64,000 nt of DNA from Thraustochytrium aureum (taxonomy: Eukaryota): NCBI GenBank assembly GCA_012862495.1, contig BLSG01000375.1:62001-126000 (forward strand). Direction: 5' to 3'. The position numbers and the translations under genes were made by a program. Shown here one piece after another: positions 45,137-57,800 of this stretch. The notes beneath the pieces were generated by a model. That model did no database searches, was not told the origin of the DNA, and saw nothing but the letters and a program-made list of their open reading frames with translations. Numbering within the stretch: the stretch's first letter is position 1; every line of letters begins with the position of its first letter.

Positions 45137-48100
45137 TCACTGCAAGAGTTGCACGATAATCTCGTCCAGCAAATTGGTCCCGAAGAGCGCGTCGTCGCAG
45201 CCCACGGCAAGCTGCGAGGCGTCGAGGGAGACAACGACCTCGGTCGAGGGGTCGTGGATCTTGCGACCCGCAGCCCGAACCGAGCCTGGCTCTGGTCCTG
45301 GCCCCGTCGCCACGTTGGCCGCCGAGACGAGGCGGCGCGCGAGCTCGTCATAGCTCTGGCTCGCCACCGCATCGCCCTGCTCGGCAGTCAGCTTTCTCAC
45401 GGCTTGGTGCATCCCGCCGAGGCGCGCCTCCGCGGCGCGAAACGAGTCTTCGCGCAGGAGGGCAGCTGCTGGGCGCACCAGCTCGCCACAGGGCGCCTTT
45501 AAAGCAACTGGGAACGCGCCTCGCTCGCTCGCAAAACTAAACTTGACCGGATGCTGGGCCCGCCCAGCAAAGTCGACCTGCATCGAGACCTCGCGCGACT
45601 CGCTCGGACTAAGCAACGGGATCTCGTCGAAGGGCACAAGGTCTTGGCCCTCGTCCAGCTTGACGTGCCGCACGCGGATCCCGGTCAGTGCGACCGCCTT
45701 TGTGTTTTTCAGTCTCAGCAGGACGATCGTCTTGGTCGCACAGTCGGCCACGACAGCCCGGCTCAGTCCAGCCTCGACTTGGAGCCCGTCGCCGTGCACA
45801 GCGCTGAGGAGCTGCACGTAGGCAGGCTCAAGTGCGGGGGAACCAAGGTCGTCAAGCAGAGAGCCACTCATGCCGGCACTTCCTTGGGCGGCCGACGGGC
45901 CATTCCCACCGGCGCTGAGCCCGGCTTGCGCACCGCCTGCGAATGCGTCGAAGAGCTCGAGGACATCGGCACCGCCCACTCCGGCCCCTCCGAAATCGCG
46001 GCCCCTCTCGACCGAAAGCGAGCCCGAATCGGGTTGTGGCGAGCGAGAAGTAGAAGAAGAAGAGGAGGAGGAGGAGGAGGAGGAGGAGGCGGAGCTGCCA
46101 GAGGAGGAAGACGACGCAGAACCAGAGCGAGCCCCGTCGCCCCCCTCCAGCGGCAACGGGCTCACGGCCAGGAGCAACGCCGCCGTTAAGAACAGCCCCT
46201 GGCGCGCCCTCTGCTCTCGTGTCGACTGATGAAGCGTCGCCAGGGCTTGAATCGGACGAGGAAGAGCTCGAGCCGGAAGAATCGGACGAGTCAGAGTCGT
46301 AAAACGCTTCCGCGGCTTTGCCTCTCGTCGAGGAAGTCGATGGCCTTTGGCCGCCCGCCCGGGTCGATCCACCACTTGCGGCTCCAAAGTTGCTGGCTTG
46401 TGGGTCTCGAACCGACGGGTCTGCCACAACTGACGGCCACTCGGGCAGGGGCTGGTACCCAAAGGCTGCATGGCCGACTATGTGGGAAAGTGAGTCCACC
46501 GTGAAGCGGGCGCGCGGGTCTGCCACGTATCGGCTCTCCACGCGCTGCACCAGCGGCGGGGGTTTCGCGGTCAGGAACACGACCGACCGCGCCTCGCGCA
46601 AGGCGTCGTCATAGAGCAGCCCGGAGAGAAATCGCGCGCGGTCCCGCACGTCGTAGTCGACGTCAAAGCGCGCAAGCTCCAGCACGTACCAGAGCAGCTT
46701 GTCAACCACGTTTGCGAGGCGCTCGACAGCGCCTTCCGCGAGGAGAGCCGCCAGGTCGACGGGGCCTTGCGAAGCGCAGGCCAGATGCAGGCGCATCGCG
46801 AGGTTGAGGATCTGCAGCTTTACAGCAGAGTCCTCGTCTTCAAACGAAAGTGCAAGCTTGCGGAGAACCTCGGGGGCGAGCTCGGGCACGCAGTGCAGAA
46901 ACTCGGCGGCAATCCAGATCACAGAGGATCGCGCGGCGGGCACCTTGGTGTTGTCAAACATGCGGACAAGCCGGCGCACAGTCCCCGGGTGCGAGGGGTG
47001 CTGCTGCAGAATGGTGCGCGTCACCACCACCGCCTCCGCGACAACCTCCTCGTGCGTGGACGTCATCAAAGTGAGCAAGCCGCGGAGACACCGGTCGGCG
47101 AGCTCTGGCATCTCGTTGACGATGATCCCGAGTTTCCGCACCACGTAGCACACGAACCGCTTGTCCGGGTGGGAAAGGTACACCTCGAACTCGCTCAGCA
47201 CCTGCTCCACGTTGCTTCGGTCCACGAGCAGTACGAGCACGTCCAGCTTGAGAAAGCGAACGAAAGCAGGGTCAGCCGACCCATTCACGAAGAAGGAGAG
47301 CAGGTTGGCAGCAAAGTAAGACGGCGCAAGGCTAGCGATGGGCATGATTGCGTTGAGAACCACAAACTGGACCTCCCGCGGGCCGCGCAGCAGCCGTACA
47401 AGCGCAGACGCGATTTTCTCCATAGCAGTTGGCGACCGCCGCCCGCACGACCAGAGCAAGGAAACCGTCCCAAGCACCACCCCAGAGTTTCGGCTTCGCA
47501 GCAAGGGCAGGCAGGCCTTGAGCAGGGACTTGTGATCGGCCTCCATTGGGGCCCCCGAAAAGGGGTCGCTGCCGGGCTTGGCCAGGCGCGAGACCGGCTC
47601 AGGCTCTCCACCCAGAGACTGCTCCGAGGCCACCTCTGACGCGTCGGCAGACCCTGCGACACGCTTTTTTGCAGTCCGCGTTCCGCTCCCCTGGGCGGAT
47701 TCGCTGTCGTCGTCGCTCTCCGCGTAAAAGGTCTTGAGATCTCGCGACGTGGGTAGCACCCGTGCCGGCGCTGCTGGCTGGACAAACGCCTGCCTGCTGT
47801 CGCGCATGGCCGCCGCGTCGCCTTCGGCGTGGCCTTCCGCGGCCCTCCCCGCCGCCGCCGCACGCGCGCCAAAGGCTGGCGCCTCGTCCATCTGAGGGCG
47901 CACAAAGTAGGTGCGAGCATACCGCGTGAGCAGCGTTAGCGAGGCGATCTGGCCCCACTCGTCCAGGTCCGCGACGGTGCTCGAGAGCGTCCTGAACAGG
48001 GGGTGCACGATGTCGAGCCTCTCTGGAGCGATTTCATTCAGAGCCGCAATTGCGCTGCCCACCACCATCGTTGCCCGGTCGTGCAAGAGCCTGTCGATGA

Positions 48101-48614
48101 GCGCGACGAGCTCGTCTTTATTGGACTGGTCCAAGCTGTATATTTTCGAGAGCGCGTGCGCCGCGGTCTTGCGCACGTACGCCGAGCTGTCTAGCGAGCA
48201 CTTTTGCACGGCCATGAGCTGGAGCTGGATGATATCGCGCACGCGGATCGAGGTCATCGTGCGGAGTGCGAGCGCGCGGATGAGCGGGTTGCTATCCGCG
48301 AGGTCCTTTTGGAACGAGTTTATTGACAGCAGCGCCAGCTCGCGGCACGTAGCGTCGTGGTCGGTGTAGTGCATCAGAAAGACGTAGACCAGCTTCTTCA
48401 GCTCCACCGACTTGACGACCGTGTTCTTCACGACATCCGGGTAAAACTGCGAGACGTCTCTGCCCTTGCTCACCATCGCCAGCAGCCACTTCATCGCCTG
48501 CACTCGCTCCCTGATCCCGGTCCCGCTCGCGAAGGACCGTCCATCGAGGAGGGTCTTCAACTTGCCGGCATTGATAGACTCTTCAAAGAACTTTGACTCG
48601 CCCCCGGCCAGCAT
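45137..48614 (-). CDS. AP3B: AP-3 complex subunit beta (frameshift near 46142)
   Basis: SKGRDVSQFYPDVVKN, ALLSINSFQKDL, YVRKTAAHA, DEWGQ, FDVDYDVRDRARF and GYQPLPEW, followed by a Ser/acidic hinge and an ear domain (LLSAVHGDGLQVE). Confidence 0.95.
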
Positions 48615-49516
48615 CTCGGCGCGCGCAGGGGCACGGCCAGCAGTCCTCCGAGCGCGTCCGCTGCACGCACCAGCGCCGTCCGCGGTCGAGGCGCGCTCCT
48701 GCTTCGTTGCGGCTCTGCTCAGCGCCCTGATCTGAGCAGAGCAGATGTCATGTTGGAGTTCGAACGAAATGAACAACATGTGGCCAAGCCGCTGCTGCCG
48801 CTCGCCAGCATTGGCACATTCGCGCAGCGCAGCGTCCCGGTCAACCTGAACTGCGTGCGCGCGTGGGCCGCCGCGGGGATGTCATCGCGCGCCATCTTGT
48901 CAAGAAAACGCTCGCTCATTGTGCGGCGATGCAGCTGGACTGTGATGTGTGGCCTGGGCTGCCTTTGCGCTGGGCGGGCGGGCATCACGGCCATCGGCCA
49001 GCACGGCATCTGGCTCGCACGATCTTCGCAGCGCATCATCAATGTGAGTCCCGAGTCGCCCGCTGTGCGCGCTGCCGAGGTTGGACGCGAGCGGCGAGCA
49101 GGTCGAGTCAGTACCCTAACCTGACATGAGCTTGGCGGGCACACGAGGCGCCGCCAACGCCCAGGTCTGGGCGAATGAATGCCCCAAAGCGCCACCGCCT
49201 CAACTGGTTTGTCAACGAAAAATGGGGATGGGTGGAAGGAAGCTCCGCAACACGCACGATTCGGCAGGCAGTTGGTTCGTCCTTGTTGGAGAAAAGAAGA
49301 AGGTCTTGGAGGTCAGTTGAGACATGCCGAGTTCCACTGCACTAGGCTCGCAAGCACAGAGACCCGACTGGATCCAATACTTGTGCAGGCGTCTTCCACG
49401 CTCTCGAGACGCCGCTGGCAGTGGTCCTAGCAATGCGAAAGTGATCTGGAAGACCGCTGATGTAGTTTTATTTTCGCATGACTGACTGATGGCAAACAGT
49501 GCCGATCCGGACGCGT

Positions 49517-51783
49517 TCACCCTCGAGGGGGGCCAGAAGCCTGTCCTGGCGCGGGACTTGGCAAAGCGAGGTCGCCACATGCAAAGACGCGAGAGGCTGC
49601 TCGCCCCACCGACGCAGTCGTCGCACAGTCGATGGCTCCCGAGACGAGTGCGCCAAGGAAAGGAATCATTTTCGAGCCCGAGCGCGCAGAAGCTTGCGCA
49701 GCTAGCTTTTCGCCAGCCACGATGGAGCTTCGCAGTTCGGCCGTTGCAAAAGTGCGCGCTGCGCTCTTGGAGGCGATCTCCTCGACGACATTGACAGTGA
49801 CTTGGGTCATGGCTTTGCTGGCCATGTGCTTGGAAACGTCGTGGTGGTCCTTGGCACAGTAGCGCTTAAAAGCGTCTTTTGCCGTGCCGATGCCCTTGTT
49901 CCAGGCAAGCTGGTCCCAGCGCCAGGAGCCCTTGGCGAGTTTGGCATCGTACTCTCGGCGGGAGGCAGGCTCGGCAAGCGTCTCGTAGGCGGCGATGATG
50001 ATCTGAAAGCGCTCCTTGGCGCGCTCCAGCTGCTCTGGTGAGGCGTCCTGCACTTTGTCTGGGTGGCACCTGAGCGCTAGCTTGCGAAACGCAGTGCGGA
50101 TCTCGGCCGCGCTCGCGGTCCGCTCCACCTGAAGCAGGTCATACAGCGTTTCGTAGCGCTTCGCAAACTCGTCACTAGACACTGCAGGCTCGAGTTCAAG
50201 GCAGGCCGGGCCGGGCCCGTCGTCGTCGCAAGGCGGTTCTGTCGCCGAAGCCACAAGGGCGGTTTCTGCCTCGAGGCCGGTGCACCCGCCGCGACGCGTC
50301 CGCATTGTCTCGCACAGACGAGCCTGCAACTCTTTCTCGCTCGTCTGCGCCTGCGTCTCGCCCGGCACAGCGTCACTGTTGGGAGCGGACCCCGTGGTCC
50401 CAGCGAGGGCATAGAGCACAGCGCAACAAACGGCGGGGCTGAAGACGTCGTGGCCGTACAGGTGAGCAATCGCAAACGAGAGGCGAGCGCTCGTGAGCCA
50501 GGCCGCCAGAAGACCGGCCGGGATGGTGACGGCCATCGTAACAAATCCGCCAAACCCGCTCACAAACCCCGTCGAAAGGCTATTCGAGGCCTGCCACTGG
50601 AGCAGTCGGCGCGCGACTAGCTCTACCGGGGCATCCCTGTACGTTTGCGGTATGACTGAGCAAGCGACTGAGCACTTTCGAACACCACGTCGTCGCCACC
50701 GCGGAGGCAAGTGTCAAAGAGTTTCAGGAGGAGCTTTTGCGTCGCACCGTCGCTCGAACGCAGAGCCCGCCAATAGTCTATCTTTTCCTTGAACGAGATA
50801 CGCTTGAGCCGCTGCGCATAGGCGCGGCGTATCCTGGCCAGATTCTTGTCGGCCACCTTGATCGAGACCCTGCGCAGCGTCGCGACGAGGTCGTTCGTCG
50901 ACAAGTCCTTGTCGAGGAGCACAGCGACGCGCTCGCCGTCGTTGGCGGCGATGCTCATGGGCTCGGCTTGCCCGCCTCGGAGCGAGACTTGCAAGTTGCG
51001 CAGCGTAGTATGCTCGCGGAGGGTCTCGGCCCCGACGGCGTGGCAATCGGAGGCGCCAAGGCGCATTTCTCTCGCCCGCTCCTCGGAGGCGCGCTTGCGC
51101 TCGTGCCTTTCTGCGAGTCTAGCGGCGCGCACTGCCGCGTCCGCTACGGCGAGCACCAAGCGCGCGCGGTTGGTGCCGAACGCCTCCGGGTCCAGCAAGT
51201 TGCCGCGGACGCAGAGAGAGTGCAGGTTGCCGCAGTCTGGCGCGCTCGAGTCGGCGCTTTCAGCGTCACCGTAAGCGAGGCAAACGAACTCGTCCTCCTC
51301 GATCTTGACGTGCCACCCATTGAAGAGCACCTTTGCGAAAGTGACCGCGTCGCCGTCGTCGCGCCGGTGGTCCACAATGATGTCAAACCTTGGCGCCGGC
51401 CGCAAGACGTGCCGCCGCAGCAATTTGTTCGCAAGCGCGATGCGGGCCGACTCGTCGTCGCCGCCAACAAGCTCGACGTTGATCAACCACCTGGTCTCGA
51501 TGCCAGCCTGCTGAAACACGCTCTCCGCCAGCGTGTCGCCCTTAAAGTACTGCTCCTGCAGAGCGCGTTGCTTGGCCACGACATTGCGCACGAAGTCGTT
51601 GGCGCGAAGGTCGAGTTCTGTTGCTCCCGAGGCGCTCACCACGGCCCCTGCCAGCTCGTCGACGGTCTCCACGGCGTCAGTTCCGAGGAGGACGAGCGGC
51701 GGCGAAAGCGGCTCATCGCTCTGCCCACCGGCTTGCGCGTTCTTCTGTGTCTGTGGCGGGGAGTGCGCAGCGGCGCTGGCCAT
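49517..51783 (-). CDS. EcsC-like protein with internal DnaJ domain (frameshift near 50645)
   Basis: SAQSLAQSY..LLQWQ..GFVSGFGG..IPA..RLSFAIAHLYGHD; J-domain LYDLLQV..FRKLALRCHPDK..RREYD; then KMIPFLGALVSGAID. Confidence 0.8.
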
Positions 51784-52802
51784 CACGTGACAATGGACGC
51801 TTCCGAGAAGGCGATCTCGCGCAGGCCCACAGTGCTTCGACTTGCCCGCGCGCCGCGCGCCTGCCGTGCTGCCAGGCCGCGACGAGCGCCGAGCGGCTTG
51901 GCTCTCGAGGACGGCGGGAGCGCGGCGCCGCCTCGAAAGGCGTTTGGAGACTCTGGTGAACGTGCTTTTTCTGCGTTTTTTCGCCCTGCTAGAAACGTGC
52001 TGGGCGCAACGGGCTGCTGCTGCTGCGCAGCTGGCGCAGCCTCCAGAGCTAGCGTATGCGCTTGGCGGCGGCTCTCTCTAGCGCTTGAGAGAACGGCCAG
52101 CGAGGGGCCAGAATCGTGCCGCGCGCTCTTCAATGCGCAAGCAAGCACGAGTTGCTTCAAGTTGCAGACCGCCGGAGCCTAAACGCGGCTGTGGAACGGC
52201 CTGCAAGGCCTCAAGTCTAGTAGTACCCAGGTGCATCCCCGCAAGAAATGCACCGCTCAGGCGAGTCCGAGCGGCGCCACGCCGCGGGGGGGCAGTGCAC
52301 CCAACACGAGCACCGCACCACCATCGACATCGTGAACCTCGCGCAGCCGCGTCCACACGGGGGCCCAGTCCAACGACCAACTCCACCAGCAACCCATTCC
52401 CCCTGCGCGCGGCGCCCTGCTCGATCTCCACGATCTGCACGAGCTCGCCAAGCCTGGCGCTTGTCAAAACCAGACCAGCGCGTCCTCGCGCTCACGTTGC
52501 GCGGGGACTCGCCGACTGGCATGATCGTGGACGATGGCATCTCATCGGCCAGCACCACGTGCACAACCGCGGCAGCAGCAGACCGGATCTGATGGTGGTG
52601 ATGACCCCGGAGGGAGAGAGTGTACCCTACCGGTTTGTGCGTCCAGGAATCCTGCCCGAAGCTGAACGCAAACACGATGATCTCAAAATCAATCACAGCA
52701 TCATTCAGAATCAATCCAAAACGTGGCAGCCAGCAGACCCCGAACAGCACCTGGCGCGCGAGCAGGACAGCTCAGGGTTGGCGGCGGACGTCCCTTGCTT
52801 TC

Positions 52803-52857
52803 GTGCTTGCCTGCGTGCCTGCGTGCTTGCGTGCGTGCTTGCGTGCGTGCGTGCTTG
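52803..52857. repeat. GCGT/GCTT microsatellite
   Basis: Visible tetranucleotide-type repeat. Confidence 0.8.
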
Positions 52858-52956
52858 TGGTGGTCGATATTTTTGCGCGAAGGCCGTGCGTGCTTGACGC
52901 TCGAGTCTGGCGCGGCAGGCTTCATCAGGCGGCTATAGGCTGTGGAAGCGCTCGAG

Positions 52957-54695
52957 ATGAGCCGCCAGGGCGAACTCGTGGCCAAGGTTGAGGCCATGCT
53001 GGGCAAGCGCGATGAGCGGCGGGAAGAGTTCCAGACGTGGCTTGGGGAGAATGAAAGCCGCGTGCCGAGCAAGGAAGAGCAGGAGCGAATCGCTCGGCTT
53101 TGCGCCACTGAGCTGGTCAAGGAGATCCGCAACGGCTCGGTATCTGCTGAGGCAGCCATGATCACGCAATGCTTGCGCGCTCTGGCGTCCGCCCGAACGC
53201 TCAACTGCACCGCAGATGAGATGTTTTTGGAGGCGGTCAAGGCAGCGCAGGCCGCTGATAAACATCGCGAGGAAGCGGGCCCCGACGCCCTTCCTCTGCT
53301 CCACGGGCTCCCGATCTCGGTCAAGGACCACATCGACGTCAAGGGCACGGTGAGCACGTGCGGGATTATGTCCCGCTGCAGCGTCAGCAAGGAGAAGAAC
53401 GCCGCGATCGTGGATTCCCTCGTCCAACATGGCGCAATCCNNNNNNNNNNNNNNNNNNNNNNNNNNNNNNNNNNNNNNNNNNNNNNNNNNNNNNNNNNNN
53501 NNNNNNNNNNNNNNNNNNNNNNNNNNNNNNNNNNNNNNNNNNNNNNNNNNNNNNNNNNNNNNNNNNNNNNNNNNNNNNNNNNNNNNNNNNNNNNNNNNNN
53601 NNNNNNNNNNNNNNNNNNNNNNNNNGGCTCGATTCGCATTCCGGCCCACTTTTGCGGGGTCGCCGGCTTCAAGCCCACCCCGGAGCGCGTGAGCACGGTT
53701 GGCGTTAGCGCCCCGCCTAAAGATGAGCGGTCGGGGCAGGTCGTCGTGCGGAGCGTTGCTGGGCCTCTCGCGCGCCGCGTGCGTGACCTAGAGCTGATTG
53801 TCAAGTGCCTCCTTGCGCCAGACAGCGCGATGTATGAGCGCGACGCATTCCTTGCGCGCGTTCCGTTTTCCGCGTTCACTCGCTCCCCGTGCCGCCTCGG
53901 CTACTTTTTCGAGGACGGCTGGTTCGAGGTCGCGCCTGCGAATAGGCGGGCTGTGGAGGAGGCAAAGCAGGGCTGGAGGCGGCTGGCTACGAGCTTGTTC
54001 CCTTCACTGTTCCTGAGCCGCTCAAGTTTGTCCATCTGTACATCGGCGCTTTGGCCTCAGATGGTGGCATGAAAAACCTCACCAGTGGGCTGGCTGGTGG
54101 CGAACCAGTCCTGGACGAGTACTTGTCCTTGTCGCGGATTTCAAAGCTTGGGAGCATCTCACGCCGCTTGGCTGCCGGCGCGCTCGACTACGGCGGCGAG
54201 AAGCGCAAAGCGCATGTGCTGCGTTCGGGCGGCCAAAAGTCTGTGTTTGAGTACTGGCAGCTCGTCGCGGAGCTCAATGCGTACCGGCAGCTGTTTGTGC
54301 AACACATGCAGGACGCGGGCGTGCAGGGATTGCTCTGCCCTGGAGGCACGCTGCCGGCGCTCCCGCACGGCGCCAGCAAGGAGCTCGCCTTGGCACAGAG
54401 CCTCACCTTCCTCTTCAATCTGCTGCACTTTCCGGCGGGATCAGTACCTGTGACGCTGACGAGGGCGGACGAGTGCGTCATCCCCGACCCGCGCGGAGAT
54501 AGCTGGTCGCGCGACGCGCAAGCGTCCATGGAGGGCGCCGAGGGATTGCCGGTCGGCGTCCAGATTGCCACTCTGCCTTGGAAAGACGAGCAGTGCCTGT
54601 CGATTATGGAGGATGTGGAGGCCGGTGTCGGATTCCACAACAAGTTCGCCGACCAACTGCCATTCGTCAACGACGAGCCGAAGCCCGCTGCGTAA
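52957..54695 (+). CDS. Amidase-signature enzyme, fatty-acid amide hydrolase-like (gap; frameshift near 53970)
   Basis: LHGLPISVKD, GSIRIPAHFCGVAGFKPT, FNLLHFPAGSVPV and GLPVGVQI. Confidence 0.92.
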
Positions 54696-54838
54696 ATGGC
54701 CAGAGCGCTATTTGGATGTCTGCGCAGAGCTGACCTCCGCACTTTCGGATGAGGAGCACCAGTTGCAGCGCTGCCCGTTTTTTAAAATAAAATCAATGCG
54801 TGCGAACCTACATACCGACGACGCTCGCCTCTCGAGAG

Positions 54839-57800
54839 CTATAGAATTTTGGCCGGTTCTCGCGCCCGCTCCTCGCTGTCGGCGGCGCCAACCCTCGCTC
54901 TGCTTCGCTTTTTCCTACTGATCGAACAGCAAACGGCACAGCCGCAGCAAAGCAGGACGAGTCCGCTGCAGCCACCGATGATGACCATCCCGCCTTCCTT
55001 GGACTTGATCCAGTTTACAAAGCCGTCCAGGCCTGAAATTTCTTGGGGCGTCAGTGTCGGCGACGCGGAAGGTGCGAACGTGGGAGTGCTGCTCGCTGGC
55101 GATTGCGTGATTGTCGTCTTGCAGTTCGATCCCGTATAGCCCGCGTCGCACGAGCACCAAGCCGTCTGTGTCTGCTCGTCCTCCACGCACGACCCTCGCC
55201 CAGAGCACGTGCGCCCAGCACACAAGGAGACTGCGAGGTCCTCTTGGGCGGCGCGCAGTCCGACAGAGCCTTCCAAAGACTCTGTGAACGCGCTCGAGCT
55301 CGAGTTTGACGTCGCCGAAAAGTAGGTTTGGGCTGTCGCGCTGGCCTCGGGTGGTGTGTCGTCAGACCCAATTACGACAACCTCGAGTTTAAACTCGTCT
55401 TCGCTGCTCGAGAAGCCGCCAAACAGCGCTCCACGAAGATCGTCCTTCAAGTTCTCGTCGTTGCTAGCTTCGATCATCTCCAAGACCCCTTCGTTCACGT
55501 CGGCACTGTCCGCGAGCGGAGCAGTCGCCTCGGTTTGTAGCGAGTCCTCAAAGTCCGCGCTGTAGTCATAGTCTGCTGAATAGGAGATGATAAGTGGCGT
55601 CAGCAGGAGCTGGCGGCGCGCCGTGTGCGCTTGGAGGCCGCGAGCGAACAGATCGCCCACATCAACCTCGCAAGAGCGCCCGACAACGCCCTTCGAGCAG
55701 ATCACCTTGGCAAGTGCTGCAGCGAGAATCGAGACGTGCCGCTGACCCCTAGCCGCCTCACCGGTTTGGAATTCGGCCCTTCCCCGGACTCGGCGCGACA
55801 CACGAACGACGACCCGCTTTGCAGCGCTGCCGATGTCGACTTGGACCCTCTGCGCCAACCGGGAGAAACTCAGCGACGCAGCCTCCTCGAAGAATGGCGT
55901 CGCCAAAGATGCCGTCGCGTTCAGCTTGATCTCTGCCGACACGATGGGCTCTTGGCCCGGGACTGNNNNNNNNNNNNNNNNNNNNNNNNNNNNNNNNNNN
56001 NNNNNNNNNNNNNNNNNNNNNNNNNNNNNNNNNNNNNNNNNNNNNNNNNNNNNNNNNNNNNNNNNNNNNNNNNNNNNNNNNNNNNNNNNNNNNNNNNNNN
56101 NNNNNNNNNNNNNNNNNNNNNNNNNNNNNNNNNNNNNNNNNNNNNNNNNNNNNNNNNNNNNNNNNNNNNNNNNNNNNNNNNNNNNNNNNNNNNNNNNNNN
56201 NNNNNNNNNNNNNNNNNNNNNNNNNNNNNNNNNNNNNNNNNNNNNNNNNNNNNNNNNNNNNNNNNNNNNNNNNNNNNNNNNNNNNNNNNNNNNNNNNNNN
56301 NNNNNNNNNNNNNNNNNNNNNCCTCTTGTTGGCGACGTGGATGGAGCCAGAGTCTCCTCTGATGGCGAGCGGGAAGGCGCCTTGCTCGGTGACGCAGAGG
56401 GGTGCGATGTTGGTGAAGTTGATGGTCCTTGCGACGGCGAGGTCGACGGCGTTGAACTCGGCCCTTGGCTTGGACTTGCTGAGGGCGAGAACGTCGGGGA
56501 CGAGCTTGGCTCCGTGCTCGGGGCTCGACTTGGGCTCGCGGTTGGGCTTGGTGTTGGTGAAAATGTAGCTCCCAGTGTAGTCGGTGCTTTTGTCGGCTTC
56601 ACGGTCGGCGCAAGCGTTGGGTTTGCGGTGGGTACGACTGGAGAAGACGTCGGATCGCGTGTCGGACGAGCTGATGGCGCTACCGTCGGCTTGGTCGTCG
56701 GCGACGATGTCGGCGACTCGGTTGGGCTTGTCGATGGATGGCGAGATGGAACGGGCTGCGAGACGTGCGATCGGCATTGGGTGTCAGCTAACCTCTTGGC
56801 GCGCGCTCTTCTGGGCTGCGGCTTTACTTACGTAGGATGCGTCGATGGCCGGGCCGTTGGCGCAGTCGAAGGGGACGGCGAGGGCGACGGGCTGCGGGGT
56901 CGGGCGGGGCAGACGCGCGGGTTAGCGAATGCGCGCAAGGTTCGGCTTGGGGGCGGAGGGTTCAAACTTACGTAGGCGAGCTGGACGGCCCCGCACTTTA
57001 TGCCAAGAAGAACGACACGGGCGGAGAGGTCAGGTCAAGTGGCGTCTACAGACGATGAGCGATTGCAAGCCAAACTTACGTCGGGAACGGTGTCGGGTGT
57101 GGCGAAGGCGGGTGCGGGGCTTGATACACAGTAAGTTTACCGCTCTCACCGTCGTCGTTGGTCGACGCATACAGGTAGTCCAAGGAAAGAGCCACAGATG
57201 CGTACGAAGCGCCGAAAACCCTGGAACCGCCCAGCTTTCATCGAGGAGAAACGAACCCGATCCACGAAGATACAAATACACCGTATTCGAGCCGCTGTTT
57301 GCAGAAACTGCGACTTTATACCCCTTGGCGCTGACATGAGCTCCAAAACCGTCTGGACTTGATCCAGTGCCTTTCAACGCAGCAACTTGACTCCACTCGA
57401 GCTGGCCGATATCTCGCGAAAACACAAACGCTTTGCCTTGAAGCATTCCGGTCGACGGAGCGCCAACCACGATGGTGTTCTCACTCGTCGAGACCGAAGC
57501 ACCAAAGCGCTTCAGCGCCCCACCGAGGCTTGGGCGGAGTGTCTGTGTGAGCGTGAAGACGCCCGACCCGCTGAGCTCATACACGTATGCCAACCCGGAG
57601 TCTTGGCCAACGTCGTCGCTGCCGGGCGAGCCGACGACGATGACTCCATTATGCAGGTGCACCGCCACTCCGAACTCGTCAGCAGCACCGCCAGGGGATT
57701 CTAGCGCGCTATGAAATGCGTAGGTGCCACTGCCTTGGTTGGAAAATACGAAAACGATGTTTGAGGTAGACCCAACGACCACCCAGTCCTTGTCAAGGCT

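Noticed and set aside
48650..49500. ORFs between AP3B and the DnaJ gene
   Set aside because: Short, no domain signal and no consistent coding frame
51790..52900. ORFs of 125-270 aa in the divergent region before the amidase
   Set aside because: R/A/P-rich translations typical of GC-rich non-coding DNA; an upstream amidase exon is possible but unsupported
820..57220. Calling the frameshifted genes pseudogenes
   Set aside because: Catalytic motifs are intact, there are no nonsense codons, housekeeping genes are affected, and the indels are confined to homopolymers
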